Below, one piece after another: positions 58,496 through 62,040 of a stretch of 62,040 nucleotides of DNA. The notes beneath the pieces were generated by a model that saw nothing but the letters and a program-made list of their open reading frames with translations, did not search any database and was not told the origin of the DNA. Numbering within the stretch: the stretch's first letter is position 1; each line of letters starts with the position of its first letter. A program made the position numbers and the translations under genes. Origin of the DNA: an uncultured virus (IMG/VR IMGVR_UViG_3300014203_000013). Lineage: Duplodnaviria; Heunggongvirae; Uroviricota; Caudoviricetes. The DNA is taken from IMG/VR virus record IMGVR_UViG_3300014203_000013. One strand, given 5' to 3'.

Positions 58496-59374
58496 TTATC
58501 CAAACAAGCATTTTATAAAAGATGTTTTTTTTTGAGGAACTATCGCGGCCGAAGGATCGTTTGAAAGCCCCCAAGCTTCTTGCCAAGGATAAGACATAGA
58601 AATCTTTGCAATACCGTCTTCATCCCAGTTGTCGCCCCAGCTATTTACCATAACCCAATAATTACCAGTCCATCCATAAAGGGTGACTTGATGATAACCA
58701 TAAAATTTTCCTTTAACAGATTCAATTTTATCATCATTAGGGGTGTTGAAACTGTCGTAAACCGGATACATGATAGTAACAGGTCCGTACTTTGTGAGAC
58801 ACTGTTTGATTTCATCATTGTTTTTTAATTGAAAAAACACCGGTATTTTGTTCGGTTCCGCCTTCTTCAAGAGCTCCGGAAGACTACCGTTCACTCGGTT
58901 TATAATTTCAGGAACTTCTTCGTTATATGGAAAATCCCTGTGTCTAAGCACTCCTTTTTTTTGGAGAGTTGACATCGCCTGACGAGGAAACATTCCTTCT
59001 CCTTTATAATATCCTTCCGGACGATATCCATATATCCATCCGACACTTACACGGTCAAGATTGTAATTTCCGGTTTTGGGGATTAGATATTCTGAAACAT
59101 AAGAAAGGCTATGGGCTACACAGCTTGAAACCGTTTGCTGATTCTTTAAGACCGGAAAAGAAAGAGAAAAAGAGTCTTGTAGCTTCATCGGATTTTCTGA
59201 CATGGAGATTCCATAATCTCGTTTGTCTTTCTTACTTGGACGAACTCCATAATACTTAAGAATCCTTTTCCCAGTGATATAAGCGACAACAGATGCCAAT
59301 ATAATCAAACACCAGTTTCGAAATCTGCGGGCTTTAAGAAGTGAGATAATCGCGTCTTTAATTTTTGCGTCCAT
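58496..59374 (-). CDS. Papain-like (C1) cysteine peptidase with an N-terminal membrane anchor
   Basis: NQQTVSSCVAH (Q/C), GYHQVTLYGW (H), VNSWG (N); hydrophobic WCLIILASVVAYI. Confidence 0.88.
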   Translation of the reverse strand: MDAKIKDAIISLLKARRFRNWCLIILASVVAYITGKRILKYYGVRPSKKDKRDYGISMSENPMKLQDSFSLSFPVLKNQQTVSSCVAHSLSYVSEYLIPKTGNYNLDRVSVGWIYGYRPEGYYKGEGMFPRQAMSTLQKKGVLRHRDFPYNEEVPEIINRVNGSLPELLKKAEPNKIPVFFQLKNNDEIKQCLTKYGPVTIMYPVYDSFNTPNDDKIESVKGKFYGYHQVTLYGWTGNYWVMVNSWGDNWDEDGIAKISMSYPWQEAWGLSNDPSAAIVPQKKTSFIKCLFG

Positions 59375-59418
59375 GTTCAATTTCTCCCATTTTATTAGGC
59401 ATGCCATCTTATGGAAGT

Positions 59419-61167
59419 TTAAATAAAAATTTCTGTAAACTTTTCATTTTGTTCTTCTGGAACATTCTTGTTGACGACACGGTTTTTCTTCCCGTGTGTG
59501 AACATCATAAGAACAAGTTTCTTCAAGTCTTCAAGAGGAAGGCGCATAATTCTTTCTCTTTGTTTCTGCGTAAGTTTTGGATTCTTCAAAAGAAAATCCT
59601 TTAAATCATTAGAGGAAGGTTCTCTCTTTCTCATATTAGAAGGAATCTTTGTTTCTCTCTGTGTAGAAAGTAATTCCTTCATCTTGATTCTGATTAGCGT
59701 ATTTCCCAAATACGGATCTGGGTTTATTTGGATATCTGTGATTTCATATCTGGTATCAGGCGACATAATGACTTCTTCTTCTGTAGGAAACTTACTATAA
59801 GCAACGACTTCTCTTCCCGTTAGGCTTTCGATTTCGAAATTTACATCTGAAGTGAAATATTCCGCTTCTGATGCTGATTTGCTAGTAGAAGTGAACGCCT
59901 TCATGTAAATCAAATCACCAGGTTTCATTGTCACCATAACGAGTTTTGTTGCGTCATCCAAGTGAGATCCGCGATAAACCTTACCGGTATAAGGTTGTAG
60001 TTTTTTTAAACTTGTAACAAGATTAGAGGATTTTTTACGAAATTTGGGTTCATCTGAAGGATCATCTATTTCTCCTCTCAAATACTTGTTTATTCCCCTG
60101 AAACCGAATGAGGTATAGTTTCTTATTATTTCATTATCAGTGACAGTTATCTTTTCCCCACTCGGTTCTCCGACGACATAACGGGCTTTTCTTTTCAAGA
60201 CATTGTCTTGAATCCCCTTAATCGCCAACTTTTTAGCGTAAGAGATAATGTATTTTTTACGATTGATGAGTCTATCAGAAAGTTTCTTAGCAAAGTCAGC
60301 TTCTTGATCGAAATTATAGACAGATTCTACCAAGGATCTGATTTTTTCATCTGTCATCTTTACTTCAAGTTCCATCGCTTGTCTCATGATATCAGAATCT
60401 TTTATCTGATCAAAAGCTTTCGCTGTCATCACATTAATTTCTGGACTTCTAAAGCTATCAAGTTCTGTTACTTCATCCCCAAACGCTTTACCCTTTGGTT
60501 CTCCTTGTGCCCGAAACAGCAACGCACCGCCATTATCGATTCTATACGTGTTGTCGAATGAATACAACACGTTATCTCCAGACAGTCCTATAGAATCCCA
60601 GTTGGCAAGCCAGGCGTCAGCAACGAATCCTTCGAGAATGCCTCTGTCGTTTTCTATTTGCGCTTCTTTACCATGCAAAAACTTTGTGATTAGAGCGGGT
60701 TTGCCTTTATAATATCCGACATATGTTTCTGGAACACTGATATTTAACTCACGATAAAGACTGTTGGCAAGATATTCATTCTTGATCTGATTAATGCCGC
60801 CATTGTTTTCATATGTCTTCACGACCATTTCCTTTACGGTTCCGAAGGCGTTTTCTGTCACAACCTTAACAGCGCCGGTGCTGCCACCTAATTTATCAAC
60901 GCTTTTAATGTCGTTGAACCAGTCATCCCTGACATACTTTGGAATCGCTTTTAAAGATTCAATTTCTTCTATTTCTTTGGGCTGTCCTTCCGTTGTTTCT
61001 TTAGTCGTCTCTACGTTAGGGTCTTTCTCTTGATAACGGTATTCATACCCTCCTTCAGATTTTTTCCTCTTCCATCCCTGTTTTTCTGAATCGGATTCAA
61101 ACTTGATCCATTTTTCATCTGAAATTATTATTTTGGCGATTTTGATAAGACGTTGTGTTGAAAGCAT
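59419..61167 (-). CDS. Atypical kinase-like domain fused to an R-S-E ADP-ribosyltransferase, with the shared N-terminal leader
   Basis: LGGSTGA..VVK..NEYLAN...DAWLANWD...DN...RIDNGG; YT...INKYLR, VYRG, FTSTS, TEEEV; GAGGGTG RBS before ATG 61167. Confidence 0.85.
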   Translation of the reverse strand: MLSTQRLIKIAKIIISDEKWIKFESDSEKQGWKRKKSEGGYEYRYQEKDPNVETTKETTEGQPKEIEEIESLKAIPKYVRDDWFNDIKSVDKLGGSTGAVKVVTENAFGTVKEMVVKTYENNGGINQIKNEYLANSLYRELNISVPETYVGYYKGKPALITKFLHGKEAQIENDRGILEGFVADAWLANWDSIGLSGDNVLYSFDNTYRIDNGGALLFRAQGEPKGKAFGDEVTELDSFRSPEINVMTAKAFDQIKDSDIMRQAMELEVKMTDEKIRSLVESVYNFDQEADFAKKLSDRLINRKKYIISYAKKLAIKGIQDNVLKRKARYVVGEPSGEKITVTDNEIIRNYTSFGFRGINKYLRGEIDDPSDEPKFRKKSSNLVTSLKKLQPYTGKVYRGSHLDDATKLVMVTMKPGDLIYMKAFTSTSKSASEAEYFTSDVNFEIESLTGREVVAYSKFPTEEEVIMSPDTRYEITDIQINPDPYLGNTLIRIKMKELLSTQRETKIPSNMRKREPSSNDLKDFLLKNPKLTQKQRERIMRLPLEDLKKLVLMMFTHGKKNRVVNKNVPEEQNEKFTEIFI

Positions 61168-61238
61168 AAAGACACCCTCTCTTAAAAAGAAGATGCCTTT
61201 ATCAAAAAAACAATGATATGACTTTAGACTCCGATTCC

Positions 61239-61448
61239 CTAAAGGATTTCCATGATGATAAAGACTTCTTCCTTGCTGACACAAATACGATATTGATAAT
61301 CGGTCAATACCGATTCTTTAATTTCTTTGTCAAAAAAACCACAAGCGTTGATAATGTTTGAGAGGTCTTTCTTCTCACGCGTCCTAGCTTGATATCCGCT
61401 GTCTTTCTGGACGATGCTGTAAAACCCGAACTTACTAAAAATCCACAT
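61239..61448 (-). CDS. Small hypothetical protein (MWIF..GFYSIV..R.R..DL..DYQYR)
   Basis: AAGGA RBS; may be truncated. Confidence 0.55.
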   Translation of the reverse strand: MWIFSKFGFYSIVQKDSGYQARTREKKDLSNIINACGFFDKEIKESVLTDYQYRICVSKEEVFIIMEIL

Positions 61449-61512
61449 AAGTTATTCCTTCCTTAATGTGGATTATAGGTTATCACAAAACAGCAGGTCT
61501 TGTCGCGGAAGG

Positions 61513-62040
61513 TTAAATAAAAATTTCTGTAAACTTGTTAGGTTCTTCTTTTCCTTTCTTAGAAAAGATTGCCAGAATGATTTTAATCAATTGATCCGGA
61601 TTAAGTCTCATAATCCTTTCACGTTGTTTCTGGGTAAGCTTTGGGTTGCTTAAAAGGAACTTCCTGACTTCATTCGGGTCCATTTTCTTATTCTTTTTGA
61701 GATTGACGGACAATCTTGTTTTCATTTCTTCGGGAAGAAGTTCTTTGAGCCTTACTCGGATACTTTTTTGTTCAAATTCTATTGATTCCACTTTATATCT
61801 TGTATCCGGAGATAAAAGAACTTCCTTCTCTGTAGGATAATCACTTATATGTGAAATGTTTCTACCAGTAAGGCTTTCGATTTCAAACAAAACGTCACTA
61901 TTGAACTCTGATGCTTTAGATTCTAAAAGACTTGTCGAAGTAAAAGATTTCATATAAACTGAGTCACCTGGTTTCATCCCCATAATGGTAATAAGGCTGG
62001 CTTCGTCTAACTTCGTTCCTCTATAAACTGTCCCTTTATA
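61513..62040 (-). CDS. Second ADP-ribosyltransferase-domain protein; start lies beyond the window end
   Basis: Frame open to 62040: YKGTVYRG...FTSTS...PTEKEVLL; paralog of 59419-61167. Confidence 0.88.
   Translation of the reverse strand, partial: YKGTVYRGTKLDEASLITIMGMKPGDSVYMKSFTSTSLLESKASEFNSDVLFEIESLTGRNISHISDYPTEKEVLLSPDTRYKVESIEFEQKSIRVRLKELLPEEMKTRLSVNLKKNKKMDPNEVRKFLLSNPKLTQKQRERIMRLNPDQLIKIILAIFSKKGKEEPNKFTEIFI

Noticed and set aside
61168..61284. Longer track start for the kinase-ART (MCQQGR...)
   Set aside because: It overlaps the upstream gene. ATG 61167 has an RBS and puts the shared leader in register.
420..61840. Numerous plus-strand ORFs of 60-180 aa in the track
   Set aside because: They are antisense shadows of well-supported minus-strand genes, with no recognisable motifs. 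Only 33730-34443 is accepted.
1..62040. Stop-codon reassignment, as in some large phages
   Set aside because: Genes are full length and tightly packed in the standard code, and TAA, TAG and TGA all occur at sensible gene ends. The split genes are not explained by read-through.
1..62040. CRISPR array, tRNA or rRNA genes
   Set aside because: No regularly spaced direct repeats or cloverleaf-like sequences seen, and intergenic gaps are short. Not confirmed by software.

Overview
A gene-dense, AT-rich 62 kb segment of a large tailed dsDNA phage genome (probably a jumbo phage; standard code). Almost everything is on the minus strand. About 1-33.7 kb is a replication, recombination and nucleotide-metabolism block: DnaE in three pieces, tmk, a split GMP-reductase/IMPDH-family gene, three tandem C5 DNA methyltransferases, MazG-like, SbcD-like, 5'-3' exonuclease, RecA, gp32-like SSB, a two-piece Ski2/Hel308-like helicase, primase, YhaM-like, DnaB, NDT-like and SNF2. 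About 33.7-54.6 kb is a virion/tail block with a tape measure, three tail-tube-like paralogs, three chaperone-like paralogs and head-tail joining proteins. About 54.7-62 kb holds small proteins sharing an in-register N-terminal leader, two glycosyltransferases, a papain-like peptidase and two ADP-ribosyltransferases. Main highlights: (1) six inteins, including two split inteins in fractured genes (dnaE and a guaC/guaB-like gene), each interrupted by a free-standing endonuclease gene; (2) one of those endonucleases seems to need a -1 frameshift; (3) DnaE is additionally divided into a PHP chain and a catalytic chain with a duplicated palm segment; (4) an intein-less split helicase; (5) a candidate capsid-targeting leader on putative ejected effectors. 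No rRNA, tRNA or CRISPR array was seen. All family calls come from motif recognition by eye; no searches were run.
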